DNA of 63,389 bases, the filler included, from Choristocarpus tenellus KU-1152 (taxonomy: Eukaryota; Protista; Phaeophyceae), in assembly GCA_964200185.2 (NCBI GenBank). It is 9 parts of 9 records of this genome, joined end to end, with 100 filler letters (N's around TTAATTAATTAA, not from the genome) between each part and the next. Parts side by side here need not be neighbours in the genome. Positions count along the whole stretch, not along the records: positions 37,270 to 41,353 come from CAXNAD020016305.1; positions 41,454 to 44,485 come from CAXNAD020022802.1; positions 44,586 to 47,501 come from CAXNAD020023681.1; positions 47,602 to 56,734 come from CAXNAD020003957.1; 5 more parts are not named here. One strand, 5' to 3'. A program made the position numbers and the translations under genes. Below the pieces are notes generated by a model. That model did no database searches, was not told the origin of the DNA, and saw only the letters and a program-made list of their open reading frames with translations. Shown here piece by piece: positions 37,391 through 54,549 of the stretch. Positions within the stretch are counted from its first letter, which is position 1, and each line of letters begins with the position of its first letter.

Positions 37391-39525
37391 CTTGGTCAGG
37401 CTCGGTTTGTTATAGTCCTCTAGCTCCCGGGCTCTGGACCCACTTGATGAAGGAGGTACCTCCTGCATGTCCTCCTCTTCTTCCATACCTGTGCCTCCAT
37501 CACTGTTGGATTGGCTATCAAAGGTGTCCACCTTTAGCTCAAGAGGTATATTTGAATCTCTTCCCCTAGTGTCCCCTATATCCTGTGTATACCTATGGTC
37601 TTCCCGATGCTCATTATGGTCAATAGTCTTGGAGGCTCCACTCTCACCCTCCTTCTGGTGTGGTGATTGAGGGGAGAGGGACAAGGGAAGAGATATCTAG
37701 CTGCATCAGTTAGAGCCAAAAACACTCCTGGCTGCAGTGACCAGTCTCAAGTCCTGCTCAAGTCTACATGCAGTGTATGATTTGAAGGGGGAAGTGACTG
37801 ATGGCACACTCAGCTTGATTTTCTCTCCAGCAATGGTGTATCGCAAGGTGCATCAAATCTGAACTTGAGTCAAGATCTTAGAAAGTTCAGAACCTTAACA
37901 TATATGCACCTCATCACCTTTCCTGCACTGAAATTTGTGCACATCATTAGAGAAGGGCTGAAAAGAGGGATTAGAAAGCGTCAAGCCCGGCAAATAGTAT
38001 CCGACTTTCATGCCACAATCTAAATCCCATAGCTCAGATAAACTTACCTTGAAATTGAGCTCAGCACCACTGCCATACAAGTCTAAGGTCTCCTGGTCAT
38101 ATGCATATGCCGCCTCCTACCATATAGGCAGAGTAATGTGGTAAGGGGTAGGGTGCAAGACATGGTGTTATTGTATGCCCTGAATTACGCACATATTTCA
38201 CTTTGAAGTATATTTCGATGTAGGGATAGTTTACAACAATAAGACACAACCGAATATGTCACATGCTCAAACATCCATCCTTGCTGGAGGCATCACTTTT
38301 TCAAAACATGAGGTGAGTCTGGATGTATAGATTATTAGAGAAAAAATTCTACCAAGGAATCCATCTGCAAAGTTTAACTTGTGATCTGACTCAGAAGTCG
38401 CTCTGGTCAGATATCACATATCATCACAACAGATACCCTTGCCAAAATGCTACCGAGAGTGGGGCCCTTCCTGGTGCAGCTGTGCCCTTGATGTAACTGC
38501 CAGACTCATACATGTGCCTGATGAAAGAGCTCTACTTCATGGGGAAGAATGGATTTCTGCATAAGGCTTCTTGACAAGGTGTGTATAGGGATATAAAGAG
38601 CTCATTGATTGGTATGCTCGCACCTCTTCGTCACCAAAGATACCAATGACAACTTCTCCCTTCTCAGGTATTACAATCTTGGCCTGCCAAGCCTTGCCAA
38701 CCTTGCTCACACCTCGAAATCTGTTTAGGGGTCATTGAGTCAGAGTATCTTAGAGGGTAGAGTCGCGTCCGCTTGGGGGCCAATATCCAATGTTGCGATT
38801 TTGATGTAATTTTGGCTATCATGATTGTTAGGAAGTGGCAATGTCCTTGTTCCAAACACACCTTTTCATTACGCATACATTTTTCCTCCTCCAAAACATT
38901 TCGGAGTAGGAAAATGTCATAAAAAACCCCGTGGGAAACCAAACCCCAAACGGATAAATAGGGCGAAAATCGTACCCTCTAAGATGCTTTCACTCATTGC
39001 CGAACTATCTTTTCTTTTTTTCGAAGTACTGGCTGTGCTGGTGGATACACTTTATTGACCTCAGCTATAATGCAGCATTCCTAAGATGTGAGAGCTGCCT
39101 AACACAAACTCGATAGAAAAGTAATACTAGTATGATACGAATGTAGAGCAAGCTATAGAATGTTTCAGTGCTCTTATGTTGCGTTTAGAGTATTCACCAC
39201 CCTTGCATATCCAGACTTGGGCTCACTTTGAGAATGAGGGAGCAGAGAGCGTTGTCCTGGCAGCTCCAGAAGAACCACTCCCTAGTCTTCTGTCTTCCTT
39301 ATTCTCCCTTGTAACCACGCAGGCATCGCAGAACCAATCCCCTTCTGGTATGCGGTCTAGGCGGGGTTTGAGGCAGCGAGTGTGGAATTCGCCATCACAT
39401 CCATCACATAGTAACATAAAATGATGCTCATCATTATTCCCACAGATAAGGCAGCCCCCAGAATCAGCGCTGGGAGGTGTATTGCTCAACGCTGATCCGC
39501 GTGTTGCCCCTACTAGCCCTTGCAT
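37391..39525 (-). CDS. PHD-finger + AP2/ERF DNA-binding domain protein (3' end lost in linker; 5' end uncertain)
   Basis: Exon 39525-39227 carries the C4HC3 PHD finger CLICG..MLLCDGCDGEFHTRCLKPRLDRIPEGDWFCDAC. Exons 38720-38624 and 38116-38048 splice to the AP2 domain SKFRGVSKVGKAWQAKI..IGIFGDEEEAAYAYDQETLDLYGSGAELNF. An acidic exon follows at 37696-37391. Confidence 0.85.
38737..38995. mobile_element. MITE family 1 copy in PHD-AP2 intron
   Basis: GAGTCAGAGTATCTTAGAGGGTA...TACCCTCTAAGATGCTTTCACTC with an ATT(G) duplication. Confidence 0.88.
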
Positions 39526-41740
39526 ATGATCTAATTACAAGCGTGATGCAGGCGCTGATGGCACGTTGATGACGTTGAATATCGATTTTAGAGTTCCGGG
39601 CTCTCTGAGCGGCGATATTGGCTCTTGCTGGTGCAGACCCTAGACGGAGCTATGGCAAGTCATGCGATGATCTCAATTCATTGGGCAGCGAATGGAGACG
39701 GAGCTCGTGCTCAAGGGCCCCCTCTGTTTGTTTGATAGCGCTCTCGTTCCTGCGACAAAAACATGTAAGAAGACAAAGGATACAAATATTGTTTATTTGT
39801 TTAAGGGGTGAGAGAGGATATGGTGGGATGACTAGATTGGCACTTGCGATGAGGAGAAACTGCAACTCACTCGACTGAGTACAAATCAGGATGGTGAAAG
39901 AGGGTCGAACGTCGACCACTGGGATGCTGGAGTTGTTGCGATGGTTTGTGCATATCAAGCGACTGGTTCTCTTTAAAATTTTAGCACTTCCATCGCATCA
40001 ATCTTCTTCAGATTTTACATTGCCAAAGAGTCAAGATAAGGCAGGTTAAGTTATACGAAGCACAAAGGACGACATACAAGATATAAGCTGACATATTTGT
40101 AAGTCGACGAACCCAAAGGGGGGCGGGCACCTTGATATGAGAGGAACAAGACTACAGATCGCACATCCTTTGTAATGGGACGAAGGAAAGATGAAAGATG
40201 CAAGGCTTTCAGTAACTCGCCTTCCACTTCTTACTCGAATATGGATGGTGAAGTTAATTTTTAATTCGTTAGGCTAATGATTGGAAGTGTTTTTCAAGCC
40301 TTGATACGATCGTAGAACCTTCAAACACTTGTTTGTGTTGTCCACACCTACGAGCCCACCAAAAAAGTTGGAACTCCTGCAGCATTATTCTTTCTCCTTT
40401 CTTAAGATCAGTAGTTGTATCAACATGAATATGTTGGATCTACGTAGAACGTAGAATATTGTACTAGAAGTAACTACAACCACACCAATCTCTTGACATT
40501 AAAGATAAAAAAAGAGCAACATTTTCTTTTGTAGAAATAAATATATACAACATACGATTCACCTCTTCTCCTCCTTCTTCCTTTCTTTCTTCCATCTAAA
40601 AAAAATTGAAAAATGATCTTGTGTTCCAAAATGCTGAAAGTGTATATTATGATAATGAAGAGGGGAATACAGACAGCATGAAGAAACAATCTACATCATT
40701 CTTATCGTGGACACTCCTCTAAGCTCAGTATCTGAAGCTCCCTCTCCCACCACTATAATACCTACATCATTGCATACGAAGGTTTCCACAAATGAGAATA
40801 CACCGATCATGTTCTCTCCTACAAATTTGTTCTTATAAGACTGGGTGTGAGACTATAACGAAGCAATGGTGTGTAGCCAGAGGCTCGTATATGTTGGATA
40901 AGTAGCTTAAATACATGGGGGATGAGCGACTTCCCGAGATACTGATGTTTGAGGAGCTTGCAGAGGGAAATGGAAGCAAGATAACCTTGACAAGTTTGGG
41001 ATTGAGTTGAGGGTCATAGTACAAAATTCACTACCCAACCAGAAGAAGACCGGTATGAGTGTGTGGCTAACGGCACAACGATGTTCATGGTCGAACGAAC
41101 GCTATTCCAAGGAACCTGTGATAGCAAATGTACGTTACACCAGAGAAGTAGCTAAGGTCTGTTACAGGCGAATAGAGCGAGTATTTCTTCTTGTATTTCA
41201 ACGAAGTGCAAACGTTTGTTACACGCGAATAATAGCGCGAGCATTTTCTCTTATGTTTTAGGAAATACGAACACTTGTAACAGACGTAGAGTGGAATAAT
41301 TCTTGAGTTCTGATAAGTACGAAAAATATACGATATTAGTAATACGTAGGTAGNNNNNNNNNNNNNNNNNNNNNNNNNNNNNNNNNNNNNNNNNNNNTTA
41401 ATTAATTAANNNNNNNNNNNNNNNNNNNNNNNNNNNNNNNNNNNNNNNNNNNNGGGGGGATCACAATCGGTGTGCAAGGTTGAGGGAGGGAGGGAGGGAG
41501 GGAGGGAGGCGGGAATTCGGGGCAGGGGAGTGGGAATGCAGACACCAAAATGAGCATGATAGTGATTCCACAGAGAGAAGGTCAGGGGCTTGCTAGGCCA
41601 ATTGATGAACTTAGTCAGCTCTCTGTGAAGAGGAAGAGTTGAAAGTAATTATCGGACTAACTCGTACTACAGATCTAGAGTGCATACCTCACAACGGCAG
41701 AGTGGTGGTGGACAAGAAAATTCAGAGCGAGCACCTCTAA

Positions 41741-41785
41741 AACACACACACGCACACACACACACGCACACACACATACACACAT
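41741..41785. repeat. (CA)n microsatellite
   Basis: Directly visible. Confidence 0.9.
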
Positions 41786-42265
41786 ATAGCTCTTGCTTTG
41801 TGCATAGTGTGTAGAAGATAACATGCTTCACATGGTGTTGCTGAATGATGTATTAGGGTTAGGGTTAAAAGAGTGTTTGGGCTCAGAGAGCGATACCACG
41901 TGGATGCACTAGAGCTCTACGCTCCGACCACTCTTTGAAAGAACAAAAATAAATCTACATGCACTATCAAGACATTTTGAAATTTTGGTTTTTGATCGTA
42001 CATTGTGACAAACCACTATAACCGTACCATCACGACAAACCATCACGACAAAACGTGTCTTGGTTACTTCATATCTAGAGAGAGAGAGACAACAGCAACA
42101 GCATGCATCCCTGGTAGATACCTACTTCCACAACCTTAATCTCACAGTATTGATACAGTCTTTTTCTTGCTCACAATAAATCCTACACCTGGCTCACAAA
42201 TCGCTGGGGGTGCTGGAAGAAAATTTTGAATCATGAATCCATGAATGTCATCTCCTCCACCTACC

Positions 42266-43229
42266 TCAGCCCTTGTCTTGATCCTCAGTTCATGAACCTT
42301 CTCCCGGTACTCGCGTCTTGCTGCGGCGTATTCCGCTGCAGTGCGGGCATGGCTCTGACCACCATTCTCACTTCCCCCTTCTCCACCAGTACCCCCACTG
42401 CTCCCTAAGGCTCCTTCCCCTCCCTTGGACTCATCCTTCATTTCCACTCCTACATCGGAAGACAGGGTGCGTGCCTGTAATGGGATGAGGGACAAAGCGC
42501 TGAAATCTTTGCCATCATGTTCTTGCCTTCTGCACATCTTGCCAGTGATTCTTTGCAAATAAGCACTACACCACACTCTCTACTGTTTGAGAACCGACAT
42601 CCCCAATACTGAAACGTCTGGAAACGTTTGGGCTACGTTAAAGTCAGAGAAGAGCGTCGAATAGTTGTATTGTCGAAGAAGAGAGATTGTGTAAAGGGTG
42701 TTCTAAGGGTCGTACCATACCGGGTGGCTTTCAGCCATCACTTCACTCCCTTGCGAGTCCTCTGGTGTTCGAGCACAACATGCAAACTCCAGCCTTAGTC
42801 CTGGCACTACCGATTGAGCCACTCATAGGCCTAGAGAATGCTTTACTAGAGTGTCTATTCAACAGGTAGTATAATCCGAAGTTGAGCTCGTCCCCCCCAA
42901 CAGATTCAGAAGGTCCATCTCTCTGAAGCAAAAGTAGACAAACTTTTACATCCTCTCCACCTCACATCCAGGGTCAGTTATCGCAGCAATTGTACAAGAG
43001 CAGGTTCGATATATATATATATATATAACCCTAGTTGCGCTTGGAGAACTAAGAACTCTAAACTGTGAGAGGTATCAGCTGGAAATGGAAGAGGGGGGAC
43101 TCGATCCTGTCCAATACTTGCCACAGTGGTTCCTGTCTCCCTGAAGGATGTGGGCACTCTGACTTCCGCAAGAGAGGGTGCTGCCCCTCGGGACAACACC
43201 CGTCCACCGTACACCAGGCGGCTGTACAT
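42266..43229 (-). CDS. 5' exons of a probable mitochondrion-targeted coiled-coil protein
   Basis: Candidate first exon ~43229-43164 (MYSRLVYGGRVLSRGAAPSLAE, Arg/Ser-rich) and AG/GT-bounded exon ~42475-42266 (ARTLSS...AAEYAAARREYREKVHELRIKTRAE). Confidence 0.4.
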
Positions 43230-44115
43230 CGAATCACCCACCACACCCTTTACCCTCTCAACCTAGGTCTCTTTTTCAAGGAGGGGAAAATTTGTAAGAC
43301 CAGGTTTTTTTTATATATTTGGAGGCCTTGTCTGAAAGGTTGACATTGTGGGGGTGAGAGGACTTACACCTGGACAGAGACGAACAGTGCAGTGTGGAGG
43401 GAGTTTGTTACCAATTTCAGAAGTGGCAAGTACATATTCCTGTTGTTAACCTTGTTGGAGTCGAACGGTGAGACCTCAAGCTTGCAGGGATGCAAATCGC
43501 AGATGTGGCTGGTCACACCATCGATCGCTTCAACCAATAGCAAATGCTAACAGCACCCATCCTGGCTTACGCCGCTGCACATTGTTTTTCATACCTTACC
43601 AGCCTTTTTTCTTTAGAATAGTCTTTATATGATCATGTAACATTGCATAGACTATCAAGACAGAGAAATGGTCGTCAAACATGTCGAGTGGTGACAGGAT
43701 GGGGTTGCACTGGCCCAATGTTGACCTTGAATTTGACTGATAAATGAGCAAGTGGGTACTCGTTGGCTGGTTCTTGAAGAAGTTCAAAACCAAAGCGTAT
43801 CAAAGGACAAGCCTGTATAGCACCTCTTGTTTGCTGTTGAATACACATTACAGGACCCCACACAATCTGTTGAATGTGGTAGTACAATGGTGTAGCCAAC
43901 AACAGCAAAGTTCGAGCGCCATTTGTTTTTGGAGGGAAATGTTATCCACCTCCTCTGGGTGATCTGATATAGCTTCAATAACCTGCACTCACGATCTAGC
44001 CTAACTCTCGTTCAAGGGTGTTACCTATAGAAGATATCTTGCGTCCTTGCACACATCTGCATTGCCCTGACCCAAACCGTACTCCACTATGATTTCATCC
44101 GTACCACAGGACGCA

Positions 44116-44352
44116 ATGATCCCTTTGAAAGGAGGGGCTCTGGCCTTCATAATTGCGTTGGCTCTAGCGGGAAATCCTAGGGATGTTGGGGCGTTTCTCA
44201 TGCCTGGACCTTATGGGGGAGCGCTGACATACACAAGAGCAAGAGTGGAGGCGGAGGTCTTGTCGACGTTGCGACGGGAGCGCAGCTTGTCCAGACCAAG
44301 AGTTGGGAGATTGTCGAGGGAAAGGGTTAGACGACGTAGTACCTACCTGAAG
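44116..44352 (+). CDS. First exon of a plastid-targeted protein (bipartite presequence); mature part lost in linker
   Basis: MIPLKGGALAFIIALALAG (hydrophobic signal), then VGA-FLMP (ASAFAP-type cleavage with Phe at +1), then an Arg/Ser-rich transit peptide, ending at AAG|GTGATT. Confidence 0.7.
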
Positions 44353-47300
44353 GTGATTTCAACCTCGAACTCCCCACGCCTCTGCCCCCCCCCAATGTAG
44401 TCCCATCCATGCTCGCAAGACTCCTCATCGTGTTGAAGTATTTCACTTGCATACCTTTTTCTTCCGAAATATGTTGTTTTGTCCGNNNNNNNNNNNNNNN
44501 NNNNNNNNNNNNNNNNNNNNNNNNNNNNNTTAATTAATTAANNNNNNNNNNNNNNNNNNNNNNNNNNNNNNNNNNNNNNNNNNNNCCCCAAAATCTACCC
44601 CCTTCCCCCACCCCACCCCCTTCCGATCTCTCATAAACCCCCCCCCCCCCCCCCAAGATACTTTGACCCTTTTTCCCCTCAAACTTGACTTTCTTGCCGT
44701 TAATGTTTACACCTTTACACATGATGCAGATGCGTTATGACCTTTTAATCTACAGTTAGTTGTCATCAATAGGAGATGATTCAAGTAATATCATAGAAGC
44801 TATCTTCTTAGCTGCCCCAAGGTCCATATTCTTACCTGATTAAGTGGGATATTTCCCTTCATTATTTTATTTTTGGGAATTCGAATTGTCTATATCCACT
44901 ACGATGTATTTTGTGATACAGTAGTAGTAGCTGTTAACCGTTCTTCTTCACTTGCAGTGTGACGTATATGCCGAATACTAGTGAGTTGTGCCTAGGGACT
45001 TTGGCCCATTTAAGTTTACATACCATTTGAACAAAACAGAAAAACAAGAAATGGGTAGCGACTTGCGAAAAAAGGGAAGCAAAGAAAGGCAGGAAAGAAG
45101 GGAGAGACTGGTACCGTTTCTCAGAGGAGGCGAAAAAGAGAAACGCGCATAAAGACGAGAGCAGTACTCACCTACTTACACTTTACTGGGGGTTTTGCAT
45201 CACAGTAGTATACCTGAGTCAGATCACAGCAAATATCTTGTTATCGGAACTATGTGAACGGATAGAGAACAGGGTGAGTGAGGTAGATTGGAACTCAAGA
45301 GTCAGTGTTGTTGTTTGGATCAGATTGCATACCTGCACCCCCCGTGATGACACATCAACAAAAAAATGTCAGATCTCCGAACTGATGGAGAGGCACGCAA
45401 CTTTGGACCCTTTTGCATCACAAGTCATATTCTTACCCTCAGTAGTACACTCTATTCCATTGCTTTATGTGCACAACAGTCAGTATACGCAAGATTGATA
45501 TTCCCCCTTTCCACAAAGCTCTTTCTGCAATTGTACAAAATGACATCTTCTTGCCCTTTCTCGGCATCCTCAAATTTGCAACCTTCCCGACCTCTCAATT
45601 TGTTTGACTCTCAGTGGGCAGAAAAATACTTTGTCACTCAGGGGTAACAGGGTTTCAGCAAGGAATGGATGCACATAGTAAGTGTGGGAGCTGTGTAAGG
45701 AAATGATTGCTTGGGGCCATAGAAAGGTTTGTATGGCGTCCAAAATTTGCGAGTTTAAATTGTGGGTTATGAACTGCGTGATTGGGTGATGATGTGTACC
45801 TTCTAACCTGACAGGGAGCCTTGCTGTGTGGGTTCCTGAACCATTATCACTGATGAACTTGACTACTCCCCATAGTTGTAGAAGGTATAGACAGGCTAAT
45901 TGTGATTAGCGACAAATCGCAGTCAGTCCAGAAGTGCAACACGAGAAAAAAATCAAAATTGATTCACATGGTATGTGATCGGGGAGGAGGAAAACCCTTA
46001 GGTTATTATTAGCAAGAAGGGCGTAGGAGATTTCAAACTTTCTTCTCCATTTTACTTCTTTTTCAATAGGTGGATTGCAACACAGAGTACTCCAGGGGTA
46101 TTCGACTGATAGAGGTCTCAGATTTAAACCCCACCATGACCCTCTGATTCTCCAATTTCATTTACTTAAAATATACAGAGTATAGTATGTGTACTTTGCT
46201 ATATCGAGTGTCAATAATCCTTACAACATCCGACTTTTCCTTTTCTACAAAATACAGCAGAATCCACACTTTTCCTTGTAAGAGCTTGATACTTACCTGT
46301 GCATTAATGTTCTTTAGAAAAAATTATAGATATCAATCGCTTCATATTATGATGTTACCCTTATTCTCAACTTGACAAACGCTTCGGAGAAAACAAGGAA
46401 TTTAGGACAATACACTGTTGTTGCCATTAGCGATTATTACAAAATTGATGCAACATTCACAATATTATTTTCTAAACCTAATACACTCGCCATTTGCTAA
46501 GTACCACAAAATTGCTTCTTGACAAAAGTGAACCTCTTGAGGCGTGATACGCCTTGACCGACTAGCAACAAAATGCTCGACTCCACAATTCTGGGTGGTA
46601 GTGGGAGGGCATTTAAGGACTCCCCACCCAGCGAATCACACTGTGGCTGTCAATAATGAGAGTGGCAGCATGTGTCATGCATATATTATGAATATTCTGT
46701 AACAAAAAATATGGTGGTTGCACTAGAGCTATTACTACTATTCTAAAGCTCTCTACTGAAATTCCGACCAAGGGCAGTAGTTAGCAAGACAAATTGTTTG
46801 AGAGAGGTACAGACCTGCCTGTGAAGTAAGGTATCATTCACTACCGATAACAAAGTCTTGATCCATGTTGATTGAGAAGCACGCCACCCATGCACTTACC
46901 CCACCTGATGAGATACACTGCAACATATTAACCACTTCTTTAAAAGTTGTCAATCATTTGGCCCTAAATACGACCAGGGAAAATACGAATTGACACAGTA
47001 TTTGACATTTCAAAGATCTCAGATCTGTCAAACTGCCAAAAGAGCCGTCCCTATCACTAAGAACCCATCAAGAAAAAACAGTTAGAGATGCATGGTACAA
47101 TAATTCCTAACACATCTTTGTCTACAGTCCCACACAGCACACAACAGAAGAGACACAGACGAAGGCAACAAAAATGAAGGTTGCAAAGAAATTGCACCCC
47201 CCGAGAAACTCACACTAATAATGATATGCCCCCACCACCAGCGATGGCATGCCCCTGCCCCACCTGTACCGACACATACTCAATCCTCCATCCTCTGGGC

Positions 47301-50300
47301 ATATGGAACATCGATAAACACTTACCAGAACAAAAATGTAATTCAAACAATCTTGTGTACATATCCCTTCACGGATCTCAACTGTCAAGAACAGCACCAC
47401 TGTGGATCGATTCACGAAGACATCACTACCATTGTCATCCCTCAAAGAGTGACCTCCCACTACCAATCAACATCTCTTGAGACATTTACTGCACCCCCCC
47501 CNNNNNNNNNNNNNNNNNNNNNNNNNNNNNNNNNNNNNNNNNNNNTTAATTAATTAANNNNNNNNNNNNNNNNNNNNNNNNNNNNNNNNNNNNNNNNNNN
47601 NTTCCTTCCTTTATACCTACCCGCTCCTCCTTTTTCCGTCTCTCCCCCCCCCCCCCCCCCCCCCCCCCCCCCTTCCCCTCCCCCTTCCCCGCACCCTTCC
47701 CCCGCACCCTGTCCGCTTTACCTTTTAAGAGAGCCTTTAATTAAAGTCTTCTGTTGCTGTGTCTGCACCTTGCTGACCATTCGTAGAGGATATTCACTAA
47801 AGAATGCCTTATGTATTTAATTTTTTTGGGGTTGCTGCCTGCATGGGTGTGTGGGAAGGTCGAATGTGTTGAGCATTTTTTATTTTTATGGTGTTTGGTA
47901 GCTTTTAAAAAACCTTTTGATGTTGGGATGCAAAGAGCACTCATGCAGTAGGTTCAAGGGCGTTGCTGTTTGACTTGTGGATGCCAGCCCTCCCCCGACC
48001 TTTTTTTCTATTGCAAAAACAAACACTTGGTTCCATCTTTTGTATTGCGATATTGTTGTTTCTTGTTTGTCCATGTTCTGGAGATAGTGCCGTTGTTGCC
48101 TGTGGTGTACCCTTTTGTGGCAGGGCCGGTTCTTTCTTCAATGTTGTCAGGGAGTTGATAGTCCCCATGCTTAGAATGAACAAAAGCAGTTGAGGGGTTA
48201 ACCACTTTTTCGTCTTTGCATTGATACATATTTTTTTAACTTCTGGTTGTACAGACTGACTGCGGGTAATGGGACAAAAAGGAACTTCCAAGTTGATTAT
48301 GTACCCATCCCACTCAACTACCCTCCTATTCTGTCCAAGTACTCTACCTTATCAGTGTAGAGGTCGATGTATTCTAGGCCAGAATTGAGTGATATATGGA
48401 GTGTGCTGAATTGTGTATTGATTGTCTGCGTCTAGTGTGAAATGAAGAGTTGGTGGTGGTGTTGAAGCCTTGATTATGATAGTAATATATAGAGAAGTGC
48501 AGCCATGTATGGTTGGATCGATGTGTCAGGGCAAGCTTATTTTTCTACCTGTTTTGAATGTTTGGAGCAAGTAGTGTCAAAACGATGCTTTTCTTATGCC
48601 TATACTTCGATAAGTGAGACTCTTTGCTCTTAGCCCCTATGCCAGCTGGGTTGTTACTGTCCTGTAGTGAGTGGTGTCTTTTCATAGGCTGGCACACCAT
48701 GCATCTAAATGTTCTGGTAAAATACAGATTCTCTATTATTTGGTAGATGTTGAAGTGATTCCCTGGGTAAGTTGAGTAATTCGATGTTCATATCAATGAC
48801 AACCAGAGACTAAAGACCAACTTTAGTGTTGTCATTGTTGAGAGAAGTGGAATGAGAGTGGTTGGTTGAAGCTTAGTGGTATCAAGTGTTACGGTGATAA
48901 ATATTTTTGGACGAGTTTTTTTTGGTATCAATTCCTATCTTTTTGAATGAAATATCAACTTCGATTTTAGCTTCACAAGTTTGTATGATCTAGTGTTTTC
49001 AGGAGGAGTACAGTTGGAGCAATCCACCCTTGTGTGGCTGGGTGAATTTTATCATGATTGCGTCAATCCTGTAGAGTAACCCTCTTCAGTCCATGAGATT
49101 TCCAGCTAAAATTTGTTAAACCCAGTGGCATACAATATGATTCCATAAAAAATCGAGCATAGTTTTAACAAATTACTTCAAAGTATATTATCGATGCAGA
49201 GGATTAGTGATAACAGTATCTATATTTGTTTCCTTTGCCAACAATAGAATCTGAAAGTATGTTTGAATATCAATTCAAATGAATCTGTAGGTCATCTTGT
49301 GCGCACACTGCCACGTCAAATATTTATGTTTTAGCAACAGTAGGAAGAAGTAATGAAAGTTTCGATGATGCCTTAATTGATTTCCAATATTCCATGCATC
49401 AACTCATCAACGATAGTATGCACTTCTCTTAGAAACTCCCGCAAAGAGAAAACACAATTCTAATAACTGCAGTAATGATGAATGGTTCAATACCAACCAC
49501 CTGGTGTAGAAGTACAAGATACTGTGAAGTTCTATTTATTGTATAGTATTTACTATTAGACGTGAAGCGTAGTGCAACTTCGTACATTGTGCACAGACCT
49601 CTGTTTAGGAATGGGATGGAGTGCCGTTTGCGTGTGCTTTCCAGACAAGCAATTACAAGCACCATCATGTTGTTTGAAGTAAAAATAGAGGTCGTTACAC
49701 GCACTAGATTTGACGACGGGAAACTGTTACCTCTTCAAATAATGATCAATAAAAGCACTCCAGATATTGCAACACTGAACTAGAGGTAACAGTAGTTCTC
49801 ACGACAACACACACAAATTATATATTTTGCTTCTCTCGACCTCTCGTATAATTATGAAGATGAGATTGGAGGGGAGTGGCTTGGTATGACACACACAATA
49901 TCCTGGGCAATCGTATCTTTGAGAGGAAGTATTCAGTAGACCTGGGGATTCGTGATATTTGATGCCTTCACCCATTAAAAAGACCCTGTGGATGGATCAA
50001 AATCAAAGTTTATACATGTTTGAAAGCAAGCGCGAAATCGCACAAGAGGGATCTTGGAACACGTGCATACAACTCCCCTTCTGAGAAGAGTATAGAGCTT
50101 GCATATATTCAAAATATAGTAGTAGTTTCATACATCATTTCAAAGGAATGGTTTGAGTTTCCAATAGTTGATATTCCATTGTATTTTTTTTGCTTCTTTT
50201 TATTACTTGTCCGAGGAGAGTCAAGCACAGGACGTTGAACAAAGATGTGGTTAGACAATCCATAGGCAGCACAACAAAGAGACCCTTCCCCACGTCAGGT

Positions 50301-50466
50301 TCTCACCACTTCAACTATGTTCTACCACTACACCCATAGTATCCTGTTGCACACGTTTGGTCAAACACCTTGCTTTAAAGGCTTGAGAGCAGAACCTCAA
50401 TTCCACAAAATGATCGTCCTGCCGGAAAAAACAATTGCACCCAGAAGACAACGTAGATTGTACACT

Positions 50467-54063
<3,597 letters not shown>

Positions 54064-54549
54064 GGTCACAAGTAGTCCAGCACCAGGAACGTGCTATAAC
54101 TCCTCGGACGAGTGCTGGTGGACACTCACACTCTCTCGTCTGTGGATGGCTGGAGAGAAAGTAGCCGGCAACGGAACTAAGCACGCCTCCGTCGCACCAG
54201 TGATAGCCGGTACTGGCTAGTTCTTAGAAGTCTTACAGCCAAGGGTATCTCTAACGAACGACAACTTGTTTAAGCACCTCCTATCGAAGGAGAGAACGAC
54301 ATCCTTATCTTCATTGCCGGGGTTGAAGGTCTGAGAAGGCCCAGAAGAAGAAGATCTTGTGATCCTTGACCGTAAACATCTTGGACGAAGGGGAAAAGGT
54401 GCAAAAGATCAAGGATCTAAACCCTGAACGGTGCTCGACACAGAAGCTTGTGAAGTGAAGCAAGTTAGATTGAAATTCGTTGATACCAAACTAGGTCTCT
54501 ATAGGTGCTCTCCATTTACTTCTGAGGGTTTTTCCCAGACAGAACCAAG
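54064..54549. promoter_or_regulatory. Probable bidirectional promoter/5' UTRs of UBA52 and CCT3
   Basis: Only 486 bp separate the two divergent start codons. Confidence 0.6.

Noticed and set aside
44770-46910. Scattered minus-strand exon-like segments (e.g. WGVVKFISDNGSGTHTARLPVRLE, VYYCDAKPPVK)
   Set aside because: I could not assemble a phase-consistent model or recognise a domain.
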